From the sequence record NZ_CP084013.1: a stretch of 64,000 nucleotides of DNA, one strand, 5' to 3'. The DNA comes from a plasmid. Below the pieces are notes generated by a model. That model made no database searches and had not been told where the DNA came from. It saw only the letters and a program-made list of their open reading frames with translations. Position 1 is the stretch's first letter. Every line of letters starts with the position of its first letter. Shown here one piece after another: positions 27,658-37,935 of this stretch. The translations under genes were made by a program, and so were the position numbers.

Positions 27658-30600
27658 CCCGCATGGGACGCCTCGAACCCGACGAACACGGGCACGCACA
27701 AACGGGCCGAGGACACGCCCGCCGATGTGACCGTCAGCGCGAAACTCAACCTGAACGTGCGCATGGTCAACTACGGCAACGTGGACAGGGGCGTGTTCGA
27801 CTTCTCCTCGGGTGCGGCGAACGCGCCCAACAAGGACGAGGGCAAGGTGACCGGCTTGGGTTCGGGCATCGCATTGGTCACGGAGATGCGTTGGCCCGAC
27901 CGGACGAAGGGGTTGAAGGGTTTGGAGGCCCCGTCCGGCAGGATCACCTATAGGCTTCGCCTGTCCAACCAGTATTCGGATGATACGAAGACCGGGACGA
28001 AGCATCCGATGGAACGCCGTTGGCAGCCGTTGCTCTACGATTACGGGCATATCGACAACGAAGATTCGAAGTATGGGCGGACGTTCGCCTGGATGGGCGA
28101 CCTACGGTATCAGGCTCCGGGCGTCGCCGACCATGCCGACGGGAACGACCGTGTGGCGCGTGGCAACACGACAATCACGACCACGACCGGCGGGCAGGGC
28201 ACGGACGTGACCGTCTCGTTCGACGGGTACGACACGTCCGTCTTCCCCATCCACAATAAACTGAACGGCACACATAATAAATGCAGCACGGATTACATGA
28301 CGTCGGACTGTTCCACCATGCAGGTCGGAGCCATCCACACGGACGTATTGCAGTTCATCACGCCCACCAGCCGTGACGGCCGGACCGTCGCGCAATATTA
28401 CGGGAACGTGGACCAGACGGCCAACATCACCATGGACGACATGGGATTGACGGCCACCGGCGTCAGCGGAGACCGTCTCGCCACGGCGGAAGACAATTCG
28501 AACCAGGCCTCCACCGGTGACGACCATGCGGGTTCGGCCACGACCGTCCGCATATCGGGCACGTACAGTACGCGCATCCGATACACGCACTGGAGCAACG
28601 AAAAGTCATGGAACGATGCGGGCACGAGCGGCGACTGGACGATGCCCGACTACGGCAACGGGTCCGACAGTCTCATACAGGGGTCGAAACTACGCCTCCA
28701 AATAGGCCACAACATCATCATCAACTCCGAAGGCGACGCCGAAGTGATGGGCATGGGCCTGGTCAAATTCGACCCGAACAGCATCGAACCGGTGGACGAC
28801 CATCCCGACACGCAGCCGACCATCCCCATGAACGTTTTCACGTGGGGCGCGAGGGCAGCCAAACGGGGGAACGCAATCCCTTACTGGTATGCCGTCAAAA
28901 AGGACGGCACCAACTGGAAGGACTACAGGGAACAGCGCGACACGAAAATCAGCGGACTCGACTACTATCCGACCCTCAACGAGGCGAAACGGCATGGCAC
29001 GATAGTCGGCATGCTGTTCGAAGACCACAACACGGTGGACCCGACCGGCACGAGCTTCAACCGAACATTCACGCCCCTCGTCTCCCTGCCCGCCCGCATC
29101 CTCGACACCGCGAGAATCGGCACGGTCACACCCATCGTCGCCGAAACCGCCTACTGGACGCGCAACAGCCTCGCCCGGACCGCGAACCTGAACGCGGACG
29201 CGCCGGACACGCAATGGCAGCGATGGTCCGACAGTCTCGCCACCCGACTGCCCGAATACGCGAACGGCGTGAAACCCGACCTGACCTACAGCGGCGACAC
29301 GTACCGTCCCGCCACGTTCGACGACAACGGCGTCTATCAGGGCGGCGACACCGCCGACTTCTTGAAAGGCGACAGCCTGTACATAGCCGGCGAAACACCG
29401 CACATCGCCAAACAGGTCGCGCAAACCAACGAGGCAGGCAACACTAAAACCGTCTACGATTTGGACAAGGAACAGCGTACGGTGGACTGGAAGCTCACCG
29501 CCACCGCCGACACGTCCACGACCACGGACGGCGGACAATACACGACCGACTACATCATCACCGACACGCTGCCCAAGGGCCTGACCTACGTGGACGGTTC
29601 CATGACGGTCGGCGGCCAGTACACGCAGCATACGCCCGACAAAGGCACGGTCACCGGCGGCACCCCCGTCACGCCGACGATCGTCGTGAACAAGGACGGC
29701 GCCACCACCATGACCATCAGGGTGAACGGTGCGCGCGCCGATTCGGGCACGCAGACCGTCATCCACTATTCCACCACCATCGGGGACGCGTCAGACCCCG
29801 ACCATGACGTGAGGAACAACGATTCGTTCACGAACCATGCGACCATCCAGTCGAAACGCAACATGGCTCCCCCCATATCCTCAAAAGCGCAGATAGCCGA
29901 CATGACGGTTCGCGTGTCCCGCACGCGCGCGACCGCGCTGGCGACCCGTGCCGACCCGCTGCTGAACGACATCAACCGCCCGTTGGGATTCAGGAACATG
30001 CTGGGCAATTTCTCCAAGGATGAGAAAACCGACCCGTATGCGGTGGACGTCATGCCTTACACGGGCTTGAACCAGTCCAACTATCACGGCGACTACGTGA
30101 TGGCCGGACTCACCGTCAAGGCGGGTGCGGGTGCGAGCATGAACGGCGTCAAAGTCTACTTCACGACCGACCAGAAGTGGCGCAACGTGGACGCGACGAA
30201 GATAACCCGCGAACAGGTCACACAATGGACCGAAGCCACGGTGAATGCGACCACAGGCAAGGTGACCATCCCCGACGGCTACAGCAAGCCGGTGGCATGG
30301 GCGTTCACCTCGCCAAGCCTGCCCGCCAACGCCCGCTACGATTTCAGCCTGAGCATCAAGCCTACAGGCAACAAGGCGGCGGACTCGTACGTGAACCGTT
30401 GGGCGGACGGCGACAACACGGTGGACGCGGTCACGCAGGTCGTGGAACGCAAGGTCAACGGCGTCGCATGGTTCGACACCAATCATGACGGCATCCGACA
30501 GGATTCGGACCGGCTTCTCGCGGACGTGACCGTCACCCTCGTGGATGGCAACGGCAGGACAGTCACCAGTGTGAGCGGCAAACCCTGCACCGCCACAACC

Positions 30601-33600
30601 GACAGGAACGGCCACTACGAAATCGGTTCCATTCCGGCAGGTTCCGGGTTCAAGCTCAGGTTCACGCCGAAAACCGGCACCGCTTGGCACGGGCGGAACG
30701 TCACCGTCAAGAACGCGAAGGACGCCAGCGAGGCGACCGACTCCGACAGCGACCGAGAGGACGATTCGCACGGCAACATGGTCGCCGGCGTCATCACGCT
30801 GAAACCGTTCCCCGCGTTGGACGAGATGACGTCCGCCGTGTACGAGGACCCGAACGAGGACCACGGCATGAGCGGCACGCTCATGCCCGCCACGCCCGCC
30901 ACGTTCAAGGCGGTCAAAGTATTGGACGGGCGTCCGAACGGCGCTTGGACCGACAGGGACAGGTACGTCGCGGACATCACCGCGTTGGACGGCGCGCCCG
31001 CGAACGCGGTGCCCTCCACCATCACGTTCGCCGACAACAGGACGCAGACGCTCCAAATCAACTCCAACGCGTTCCCCACGGACGGCGTCTACCGGTATCA
31101 GGTCAAGGAACGCAAGGGAGACAATGCGGGAGTCACCTACGACGACCGCACGTGGGTCCTGACCGTCACCGTCACGGACGATTTGACCACGTTCACCCGT
31201 CGCATCACCGCCAACACGACGTGCGACGGCGTCCAATCCGACGCCATCCAGTTCACGAACACGTACGCGCCGAAGGACGTGACCGTAAGCCTGACGGCGC
31301 GCAAGACGTTCGACAACGCGGACGCCAGCCACGCGAAGCTCACCGACTTCCAATTCCAACTGTTCGACAACGAGCGGGCGGTCGGCGTGCCCGTGCAGAC
31401 CGTCAACGCCGACCGGAACGGTGACGTCCGCTTCCAGCCGTTGACGTTCACCGCCAGCCAGCTGAAAGGCAACAAGTCCAAGACGTTCACCTATACGGTG
31501 CGTGAAATCCGCCAGTCGGCGGGCGGCGTCAACTACGATTCCCACATGGGAATGTGGCAAATCACCGTCACCGACGATTTGACCGGACAGTTGAAAGCCC
31601 AAACCAGAACGAACGCGGCCTATCCGACTACGTTCACGAACACGTATCAGGCGAAGCCGGTCAGCGTGCAATTCCGTGCGCACAAGACCCTCAACGACCC
31701 CGACCATACAGGCATCCAACTGCAAGCCGGACAATACGAGTTCAAATGCGTCGAGGACAAGACAGGCGGCCAGGTCGGCACGGCGAAGACCAACGACCAG
31801 CGAGGCGACGTCCTGTTCGACGCCATCTCATACACGCGGCCGGGAACGTACGACTACACCATCCGGGAAACCCCCGGCGACAGGGGCGGCATCACGTACG
31901 ACACCACGAAACACCACGTGAGGGTCACCGTCACCGACGATGGGGAGGGACGGCTGCTCGCCGACGTGAAATACGACGGCGGGACCGCCATCCCCGAATT
32001 CACGAACACGTACCGGGCGCAGCCCGCCACGGACACGCCGACCGCAGTGAAGGCCGTCTCCGCGTCCGAAGGCAACCACTATAAGCTCAAGGGCGATGAT
32101 TTCACGTTCACGCTCCACCGCGTGACCGCGCCCGACGGCGTCACGGCCGAAGCCGACCAGACGAAGACCAACGACGCCCGGGGCAACATCAGGTTCGACC
32201 AACTGTCGTTCCCGTTGCCCGGAACCTACGTGTACACCGTTTCGGAACGGGACGTCACCGTCCCCGGCGTCACCAAGGACGGCACCGTCACCACCATCAC
32301 CTACACGGTCAAGGACGTCGGCCATGCCGGACGGTTGAAGGTCGTCGATAAGACCATCACCCGTTCGGACGGCAAGACCGCGAACGGCATCCGATTCGAC
32401 AACACGTACAATCCGAAAGGCGTCGGCTGCACGCTTGGCGGCGTGAAGACCATCATCAACGCGGATACGGCGACCAACCGCATCCCACAGGATGGCGAGT
32501 TCACGTTCGCACTCACCTCGCATGACGGCGCGCCGATGCCCGAGGGGTCGAAGGACGGCGTGAAGACCGTCACCAACACCGGCACCGGTTTCACGTTCGG
32601 ACGAATGGACTACGACAAGCCCGGAACCTACGTGTACACCGTCACCGAACAGGCCGGACGTGACCCAACCATCGGGTATTCCACCCAAGCCTATGACGTG
32701 ACCGTCACCGTCACCGACCAAGGCGGCATGCTCTCGGCCACCGCCGACCGTCAGGCCAACGACATCCGCTTCGACAACACGTACACGCCGACACCCGTTG
32801 ACGTGACCGTGAAGGCGGACAAGCACCTGACCGGACGTGATCTGAACGATGGCGAGTTCGCCGCCGAATTGAAGGATTCCGACGGCAACCTCCTCCAGAC
32901 CAAACGGTTCGCCCGCGTTCCACGCGACGCGCAATCCGACAAGGCGACGGACGTCCGCGAAGGGGAAGGAACCCTCGAATTCGACAAGCTCACGTTCGAC
33001 CGGGCCGGCGTGTACACGTACACCGTGACCGAACAGGACGGCAATCTGGGCGGCGTCACCTACGACAGGACCGTCCACACCGTCACCGTCACCGTCACCG
33101 AGGACACGAAGACCCATCGGCTCGTCGCCGCCGTCTCCTACTCCAACGGCGAGGGCGGCGAGGATGGCATCCTCTTCCGCAACACGTACCAGCCGGGGAA
33201 CGTCATGGTCGAACTCGCGGCCAGGAAGAACCTGACCGGACGCGGGCTGAAGGCCGACGAATTCGAGTTCGAACTCGTGGACAAGGACGGCAAGGTCATC
33301 GACAGCGCGAGGAACGACAAGGACGGCGACATCCGGTTCAAGCCGCTCACCTACGGTCGTGACAACAACGGCATCGACGATTGCGGCGAACACCGGTACG
33401 TGATTCGGGAAAGGAACACCGGCGAGAAGAACGTCACCTACGACAGGACGGAACACCACGTGACCGTCACCGTGGGCGACGACCTGCAAGGCAACCTGAC
33501 CGCCAAAGTCGAATACGACCCGACGGACGATACGGCGAAGGATTCCAGCGCCATGCCCGCCACGCCGACCGACAAGACCGACAAGACCGATGGGGATGCC

Positions 33601-33840
33601 GTCGGGGACAAGCCGTCCACGACCCCCGGCGTGGTCACAACCACCGGAACCCGACCCGAGTTCACCAACTCGTACATCCCACCGGCGACCCCGGCCATCG
33701 TGAAGACGATTCGCCAACTCGCCAAGACCGGCGTATCCACGCCGACCGTGGCGTTGGCCGCGTTCACGCTCTTGGGAGTGGGATTGATGCTGTTCCGCCG
33801 TCGCGGAAACCAAACCGAGACCGCGCGACACAGGAAGTAA
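26878..33840 (+). CDS. giant (2320 aa) cell-wall-anchored adhesin with many repeated Ig-like (CnaB/SpaA-type) domains, LAKTG sorting signal
   Basis: Signal peptide; more than 10 repeats of ...TVTVTD...FTNTY... modules; C-terminal LAKTG + TM + RRRGN. Confidence 0.8.
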   Translation: MKPGLRKVAALILASAMLFGSGASVVSAAYADDTTMGTSTRIQAEPDKTTTGGDEAATKPDAGSGDEAGTGADKQSGTGAPAQSAPQADAGQAAPDVTIHDMLDTDSAAVSRLRLTDRITGTAPFDKDNERGDDKDETNDIVRSYDTVTYDYEYTLTPDSTMDYYRRTRVGFRFELPYPKDKVTFDAEKMGWVDHTPGYEPKLTTETIDGTVTQVYTCYRLLEPTSQSPTVNPGTGSIGLSVAVKGAPHGYRFHPTVKAWPAWDASNPTNTGTHKRAEDTPADVTVSAKLNLNVRMVNYGNVDRGVFDFSSGAANAPNKDEGKVTGLGSGIALVTEMRWPDRTKGLKGLEAPSGRITYRLRLSNQYSDDTKTGTKHPMERRWQPLLYDYGHIDNEDSKYGRTFAWMGDLRYQAPGVADHADGNDRVARGNTTITTTTGGQGTDVTVSFDGYDTSVFPIHNKLNGTHNKCSTDYMTSDCSTMQVGAIHTDVLQFITPTSRDGRTVAQYYGNVDQTANITMDDMGLTATGVSGDRLATAEDNSNQASTGDDHAGSATTVRISGTYSTRIRYTHWSNEKSWNDAGTSGDWTMPDYGNGSDSLIQGSKLRLQIGHNIIINSEGDAEVMGMGLVKFDPNSIEPVDDHPDTQPTIPMNVFTWGARAAKRGNAIPYWYAVKKDGTNWKDYREQRDTKISGLDYYPTLNEAKRHGTIVGMLFEDHNTVDPTGTSFNRTFTPLVSLPARILDTARIGTVTPIVAETAYWTRNSLARTANLNADAPDTQWQRWSDSLATRLPEYANGVKPDLTYSGDTYRPATFDDNGVYQGGDTADFLKGDSLYIAGETPHIAKQVAQTNEAGNTKTVYDLDKEQRTVDWKLTATADTSTTTDGGQYTTDYIITDTLPKGLTYVDGSMTVGGQYTQHTPDKGTVTGGTPVTPTIVVNKDGATTMTIRVNGARADSGTQTVIHYSTTIGDASDPDHDVRNNDSFTNHATIQSKRNMAPPISSKAQIADMTVRVSRTRATALATRADPLLNDINRPLGFRNMLGNFSKDEKTDPYAVDVMPYTGLNQSNYHGDYVMAGLTVKAGAGASMNGVKVYFTTDQKWRNVDATKITREQVTQWTEATVNATTGKVTIPDGYSKPVAWAFTSPSLPANARYDFSLSIKPTGNKAADSYVNRWADGDNTVDAVTQVVERKVNGVAWFDTNHDGIRQDSDRLLADVTVTLVDGNGRTVTSVSGKPCTATTDRNGHYEIGSIPAGSGFKLRFTPKTGTAWHGRNVTVKNAKDASEATDSDSDREDDSHGNMVAGVITLKPFPALDEMTSAVYEDPNEDHGMSGTLMPATPATFKAVKVLDGRPNGAWTDRDRYVADITALDGAPANAVPSTITFADNRTQTLQINSNAFPTDGVYRYQVKERKGDNAGVTYDDRTWVLTVTVTDDLTTFTRRITANTTCDGVQSDAIQFTNTYAPKDVTVSLTARKTFDNADASHAKLTDFQFQLFDNERAVGVPVQTVNADRNGDVRFQPLTFTASQLKGNKSKTFTYTVREIRQSAGGVNYDSHMGMWQITVTDDLTGQLKAQTRTNAAYPTTFTNTYQAKPVSVQFRAHKTLNDPDHTGIQLQAGQYEFKCVEDKTGGQVGTAKTNDQRGDVLFDAISYTRPGTYDYTIRETPGDRGGITYDTTKHHVRVTVTDDGEGRLLADVKYDGGTAIPEFTNTYRAQPATDTPTAVKAVSASEGNHYKLKGDDFTFTLHRVTAPDGVTAEADQTKTNDARGNIRFDQLSFPLPGTYVYTVSERDVTVPGVTKDGTVTTITYTVKDVGHAGRLKVVDKTITRSDGKTANGIRFDNTYNPKGVGCTLGGVKTIINADTATNRIPQDGEFTFALTSHDGAPMPEGSKDGVKTVTNTGTGFTFGRMDYDKPGTYVYTVTEQAGRDPTIGYSTQAYDVTVTVTDQGGMLSATADRQANDIRFDNTYTPTPVDVTVKADKHLTGRDLNDGEFAAELKDSDGNLLQTKRFARVPRDAQSDKATDVREGEGTLEFDKLTFDRAGVYTYTVTEQDGNLGGVTYDRTVHTVTVTVTEDTKTHRLVAAVSYSNGEGGEDGILFRNTYQPGNVMVELAARKNLTGRGLKADEFEFELVDKDGKVIDSARNDKDGDIRFKPLTYGRDNNGIDDCGEHRYVIRERNTGEKNVTYDRTEHHVTVTVGDDLQGNLTAKVEYDPTDDTAKDSSAMPATPTDKTDKTDGDAVGDKPSTTPGVVTTTGTRPEFTNSYIPPATPAIVKTIRQLAKTGVSTPTVALAAFTLLGVGLMLFRRRGNQTETARHRK

Positions 33841-33854
33841 GGCCACGGTAGGAC

Positions 33855-33912
33855 AGTAGAAAGGCCGGGCAGGGGAGCGGATTCCCCGCCCTGCCTTTCT
33901 ACTGTTTTCTTA
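33855..33912 (+). terminator. rho-independent terminator (long GC stem)
   Basis: GTAGAAAGGCCGGGCAGGGG...CCCCGCCCTGCCTTTCTAC followed by TGTTTTCT. Confidence 0.5.
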
Positions 33913-33913
33913 A

Positions 33914-34891
33914 ATGTCGGATACCCTGTTTGTGAGTGGCATTCAGGAGAACGGGAAAAACGTGGAAGACAATCAGCTTAAACGTGGCATGATGCCGCCT
34001 CTGATCGCGGCCGTCTGCGCGGTGATTCTGGTCGCGGCCGGCATCATCGGCTGGAACGCTTACAGCGGCGCGAAGCTCGCGCAGGCGAAGGAAACGTGCG
34101 CCGCCGCCGCCGACACCGTGCGCAACAATGCCAACGAATACAACGCGCTGCTCAACGGCGATGCCGCCGATGCCGCCGCCGTCAAGGCCGAACAGGTCGA
34201 GGACTCGAAGACCGTCGAATCCTTGGGCAAGGAGCTCAAGGCCATGGCACCCGAATACGAGGGCTGCGTGGCCGAAGACGCGCAAGGACTGGATGCCGCC
34301 ACCGTGAAGCTCAATGAACAGGCCGACTGGTACGAGACCCACGAGAAGAGCCTGTCGAAGGCGGTGAGGGCCGTCACCGAATCCAAGGCAGCGAAGAGGC
34401 TGGATGACGCGAAAACGAATCTGACGGCGAAGCTGGACGAGGCGTCGAAGCTGCTCGCGGATTCGGACGGCAAGGTCGCGGACAACGCCACCCGCGACGC
34501 ATTGTCGAACGCCATCGACGCGGCGAACGGGCTGAAGGACGGGAACGATCCGGCGAAGATCGACGGGGCGCGCAAAACGCTGGAGGATGCCATCAACGGC
34601 GTGAACGCGAGCGTCCAGGCAAAGACGGACGCGGATGCGCAAGCCGCCGCAGCGGCCGCAGCGGCAGCCCAGGCTCAGGCGCAGGCCCAATCCACCTACA
34701 GCGGCGTCTCCTCCTACTCCGGAGGCGCGTACAGGCGCACGGAAGGCTCCACTTCCGGCTCCAACACATACCGTGGCACCACATCGGGCGGCTCCGGCCC
34801 GGCCGCCGCCGCCCCAAAGCCGAACCTCAACGGCGCATACGGCTGCGGCAACAGCTGCACCGGCAAGGATGATGGCTATTACCATCACTGA
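33914..34891 (+). CDS. membrane-anchored coiled-coil protein with Ala/Gln and Gly/Ser-rich C-terminal region and terminal Cys pair
   Basis: N-terminal TM (LIAAVCAVILVAAGIIGW); Ala-rich helical segment; C-terminal YGCGNSCTG. Confidence 0.5.
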   Translation: MSDTLFVSGIQENGKNVEDNQLKRGMMPPLIAAVCAVILVAAGIIGWNAYSGAKLAQAKETCAAAADTVRNNANEYNALLNGDAADAAAVKAEQVEDSKTVESLGKELKAMAPEYEGCVAEDAQGLDAATVKLNEQADWYETHEKSLSKAVRAVTESKAAKRLDDAKTNLTAKLDEASKLLADSDGKVADNATRDALSNAIDAANGLKDGNDPAKIDGARKTLEDAINGVNASVQAKTDADAQAAAAAAAAAQAQAQAQSTYSGVSSYSGGAYRRTEGSTSGSNTYRGTTSGGSGPAAAAPKPNLNGAYGCGNSCTGKDDGYYHH

Positions 34892-35239
34892 TCGATGAAT
34901 GGCTGATTATGGCTCGTATCGGGAAACCGGTACGGGCCTTTTTCATGGATTTCGCAAAGGAAAGCCATGTCCCTGTGAACCTGTGCCCCCGCATTCCCGT
35001 GTACCCGTATTGCCGGGAAATACTTCCGGATTTTTTGTAGACGCCATGCTCCGTGGTTCGGCGTGTCGTCTGTGAGGCTTGTTGGTGGCTGCCGGGCCAA
35101 CCGGCGGCTACCTCCCGTTATTCCTGCGGTCGGAAGCCCCGCCACCCCTTGAAAAAAGGCGGCGGGGCCATGACCGGAAAGTTTGAGGGGAGGGGATGAA
35201 CAGACAAGGTTAACGGAGGTTCATTTGAACTTTGGCAGG

Positions 35240-36025
35240 AAGACGATGAAACCCGGTCTGAGAAAGGTCGCCGCGCTCATACTCGCGTCCGCGATGCTGT
35301 TCGGTTCAGGCGCGTCGGTCGTGTCCGCCGCGTATGCGGACGATACGACCATGGGCACGTCCACGCGAATCCAAGCCGAACCCGACAAGACGACCACAGG
35401 CGGCGACGAGGCCGCGACGAAACCCGACGCCGGTTCCGGCGACGAGGCCGGAACCGGTGCGGACGAACAATCCGGCACCGGTGCGCCCGCGCAATCCGCT
35501 CCGCAGGCGGATGCGGGTCAGGCCGCACCGGCCGTGACCGTCCACGACATGCTCGACACGGACAGCGCCGCCGTGAGCAGGCTCAGGCTCATCGACCGCA
35601 TCACCGGCACCGCGCCGTTCGACAAGGACAATGAGCGCGGCGATGACAAGGACGAGAACAACGACATCGTCCGCTCCTACGATACGGTGACCTACGACTA
35701 CGAGTACACGCTCACCCCCGACTCGACCATGGACTACTATCGGCGCACGCGCGTCGGCTTCCGGTTCGAACTGCCCTACCCGAAGGACAAGGTCACGTTC
35801 GACGCGGAGAAGATGGGCTGGGTGGACCATACGCCCGGCTACGAGCCGAAACTCACCACGGAAACCATCGACGGGATTGTCACGCAGGTGTACACCTGCT
35901 ACCGTCTGTTGGAGCCGACCAGCCAGTCGCCGACCGTGAACCCCGGCACCGGTTCCATCGGCCTGTCGGTCGCCGTCAAGGGCGCGCCCCACGGCTACCG
36001 GTTCCATCCGACCGTCAAGGCGTGG
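35240..36025 (+). repeat. segmental duplication copy B
   Basis: See 26872..27657. Confidence 0.8.
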
Positions 36026-36271
36026 ACCCTGACGGTCTCACGGCCGACTGACGAAGCCATCCTTCGGCCGGCCCATGCGCCGGCCGAAGCGCTTTACGAC
36101 AACGGTGGAACCGTCTGGGCTTCATGGACGAGTTCATCCGCACTTCATCCATCGGCCTTCAGCCGTCCGGCATCACGTCCGGCAACGGCATTTCGCTGCG
36201 CTTGCGCGCCTTGCTATTTCTTGATCCCGGGATGCACGAACCTCGATAGGTCGAGGCCGGCGACGGCATGA
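35246..36271 (+). pseudogene. truncated paralog: signal peptide + first about 260 aa of the giant adhesin, then an unrelated out-of-context tail
   Basis: Translation identical to the adhesin N-terminus up to ...HPTVKAW, then diverges. Confidence 0.6.
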
Positions 36272-36427
36272 CCGGAATGAATCGTCGGCGTCATGGGAAT
36301 CGTTTGCCGATGGCCATTCCCTGTCGGCAAACGGCCCCTTTCCTCTACGTGAAATGCGCAACCTCCTGAGACATCATGAAGGCTGGGACCATCATCCCCC
36401 GGGAGACGACAGTCCCAGCCTTGGCTA

Positions 36428-36793
36428 TCAGTCGAAGATGGATTCCCCATCACCCAATACGCCCAGGGAGCGGAGCTCGCCGTCGAACCGGTCATGTTCC
36501 GCCTGCTCGCGCAGTTCCCTCTCCCATATCTCGTAGTCGTCGGCGTGCAGCCCCTCGTCGGGCCCGACCTTCCAGTCGAAGCGTCGCAGCCGGCTGATGC
36601 CGGGCATGACGGTGCCGTCCGGTCGGGTCAGCGGATGGTTGACGACGACCTTGCTGCAGGTAGACCACTCGTCGGTGACGGCGAACCCGGATCCGTCGGC
36701 CAGCGTCTCGTATTCGCCCACGAGCCTCCTGCCTTGCTCGTACCATTCGCACATGTGCAGCGTGAACGACCCGTCCTCATGCTCCTCGTACAT
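36428..36793 (-). CDS. hypothetical protein
   Basis: 121-aa ORF; no motif. Confidence 0.3.
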   Translation of the reverse strand: MYEEHEDGSFTLHMCEWYEQGRRLVGEYETLADGSGFAVTDEWSTCSKVVVNHPLTRPDGTVMPGISRLRRFDWKVGPDEGLHADDYEIWERELREQAEHDRFDGELRSLGVLGDGESIFD

Positions 36794-36815
36794 GACCGTC
36801 TCCTCTTCCGCAATC

Positions 36816-37196
36816 CTAGAGCTCGATGTCCTGGGCGAGCATGGTGGCCGCGTCGTTTTTGTGTTCGATCCACCATGCCGCGTCGTTCATCCGCAGCACC
36901 TGCCTGCGCAGTTCGGCGAACGCGTCACGGTCCTCGATGCGCGCGTGGCGGGCGAGCACGTCGACCTGGCTGAGGGTGCGGCGTCGTATCGGCTCCGCCC
37001 GGTCGCACTGGGATTTCGAGCCCCACAGTTCGCAGAACCCGTCAAGCCTGTTGCGCTGCCGGGACGCGATGCCGATGCAGGCGGGACATGACACCCGTTC
37101 CGCGTTCCTCACCCGCTGTTCGACGACCACGTACGGGCCGTCCACGTTGATCCGCTCCTGGTGCCCGCATGCGTGCGTGACGAATCTCCAAGCCAT
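36816..37196 (-). CDS. hypothetical Cys/His-containing protein
   Basis: 126-aa ORF; CGH...CPAC. Confidence 0.3.
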   Translation of the reverse strand: MAWRFVTHACGHQERINVDGPYVVVEQRVRNAERVSCPACIGIASRQRNRLDGFCELWGSKSQCDRAEPIRRRTLSQVDVLARHARIEDRDAFAELRRQVLRMNDAAWWIEHKNDAATMLAQDIEL

Positions 37197-37375
37197 GACC
37201 TACCGCCTTCCCGGAACAAAACCGAACCAATATTCGAACAAATGTTCTATTAAGGCGGGGACATGCACCCGTTTGACGCCCGGCGGGAACGCTACGACCG
37301 ACACGGGGCGCGCCGCGACTCCGGCCCGTATTCCGACGATGTCATGGTACAATTTATTGTACAAACAGGAGGTGC

Positions 37376-37645
37376 GTGATGACACAGGCCGTGGCCTACA
37401 GCAATTTCAGGGCGAATCTCAAGACCTATATGCGCAAGGTCAACGAGGACGCCGACACCCTTCTCGTGACCAACGCGGACCCGGAGGACAACGTGGTCGT
37501 GATGAGCGCCGACGACTACGATTCGCTCATGGAGACGCTGCGCGTCTACCAGAACCCGTATCTAAGCGACAAGGTGATGCGCGGCATGGCGCAGGTCCGG
37601 CAGGGCCAGACGATGGCCCATGACCTTATCGAAGCGGGCGCGTGA
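37376..37645 (+). CDS. yefM: Phd/YefM-family antitoxin
   Basis: MTQAVAYSNFRANLKTYM...VVMSADDYDSLMETL signature; 4-nt overlap with yoeB. Confidence 0.8.
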   Translation: MMTQAVAYSNFRANLKTYMRKVNEDADTLLVTNADPEDNVVVMSADDYDSLMETLRVYQNPYLSDKVMRGMAQVRQGQTMAHDLIEAGA

Positions 37646-37899
37646 TGCTGCTCTGCTGGACCGAAGACGCCTGGGCCGACTACCTGTACTGGCAGGCTCA
37701 GGACCGCAAGACCCTCAAGCGCGTCAACACGCTCATCCGGGACATGCAGCGAACCCCGTTCGAAGGCATCGGCAAGCCCGAACCCCTCAAATGGGGCCTG
37801 TCCGGCGCATGGTCGCGGCGTATCGATTCGGCCAACCGTATCATCTATACCGTCGCCGACGACAGGCTCTGCATCCTCTCCGCGAAGGACCACTACTGA
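37642..37899 (+). CDS. yoeB: YoeB/Txe-family toxin (ribosome-dependent mRNA interferase)
   Basis: ...YLYWQAQDRKTLKRVNTLIRDMQRTPFEGIGKPEPLKWGLSGAWSRRID...RIIY..., a close match to the YoeB consensus. Confidence 0.85.
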   Translation: MMLLCWTEDAWADYLYWQAQDRKTLKRVNTLIRDMQRTPFEGIGKPEPLKWGLSGAWSRRIDSANRIIYTVADDRLCILSAKDHY

Positions 37900-37935
37900 A
37901 TTGCGTGGGACGGAGTTGCTTGCGCCTATTACCAG

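Noticed and set aside
26938-33846. Long antisense ORFs (26938..28050, 28690..29766, 29881..31734, 31828..33846, all minus strand) inside the giant adhesin gene
   Set aside because: High-GC DNA produces long spurious antisense frames. The plus-strand product has a signal peptide, repeated Ig-like domains and a sorting signal, whereas the antisense translations are Arg/Gly/Val-rich low-complexity sequence.
34892-35232. GC-rich hairpin (GCCCCGCCACC...GGCGGCGGGGC, about 35135..35170) as a terminator
   Set aside because: The loop is A/T-rich but there is no downstream U-tract on either strand, so this is ambiguous and was not called.
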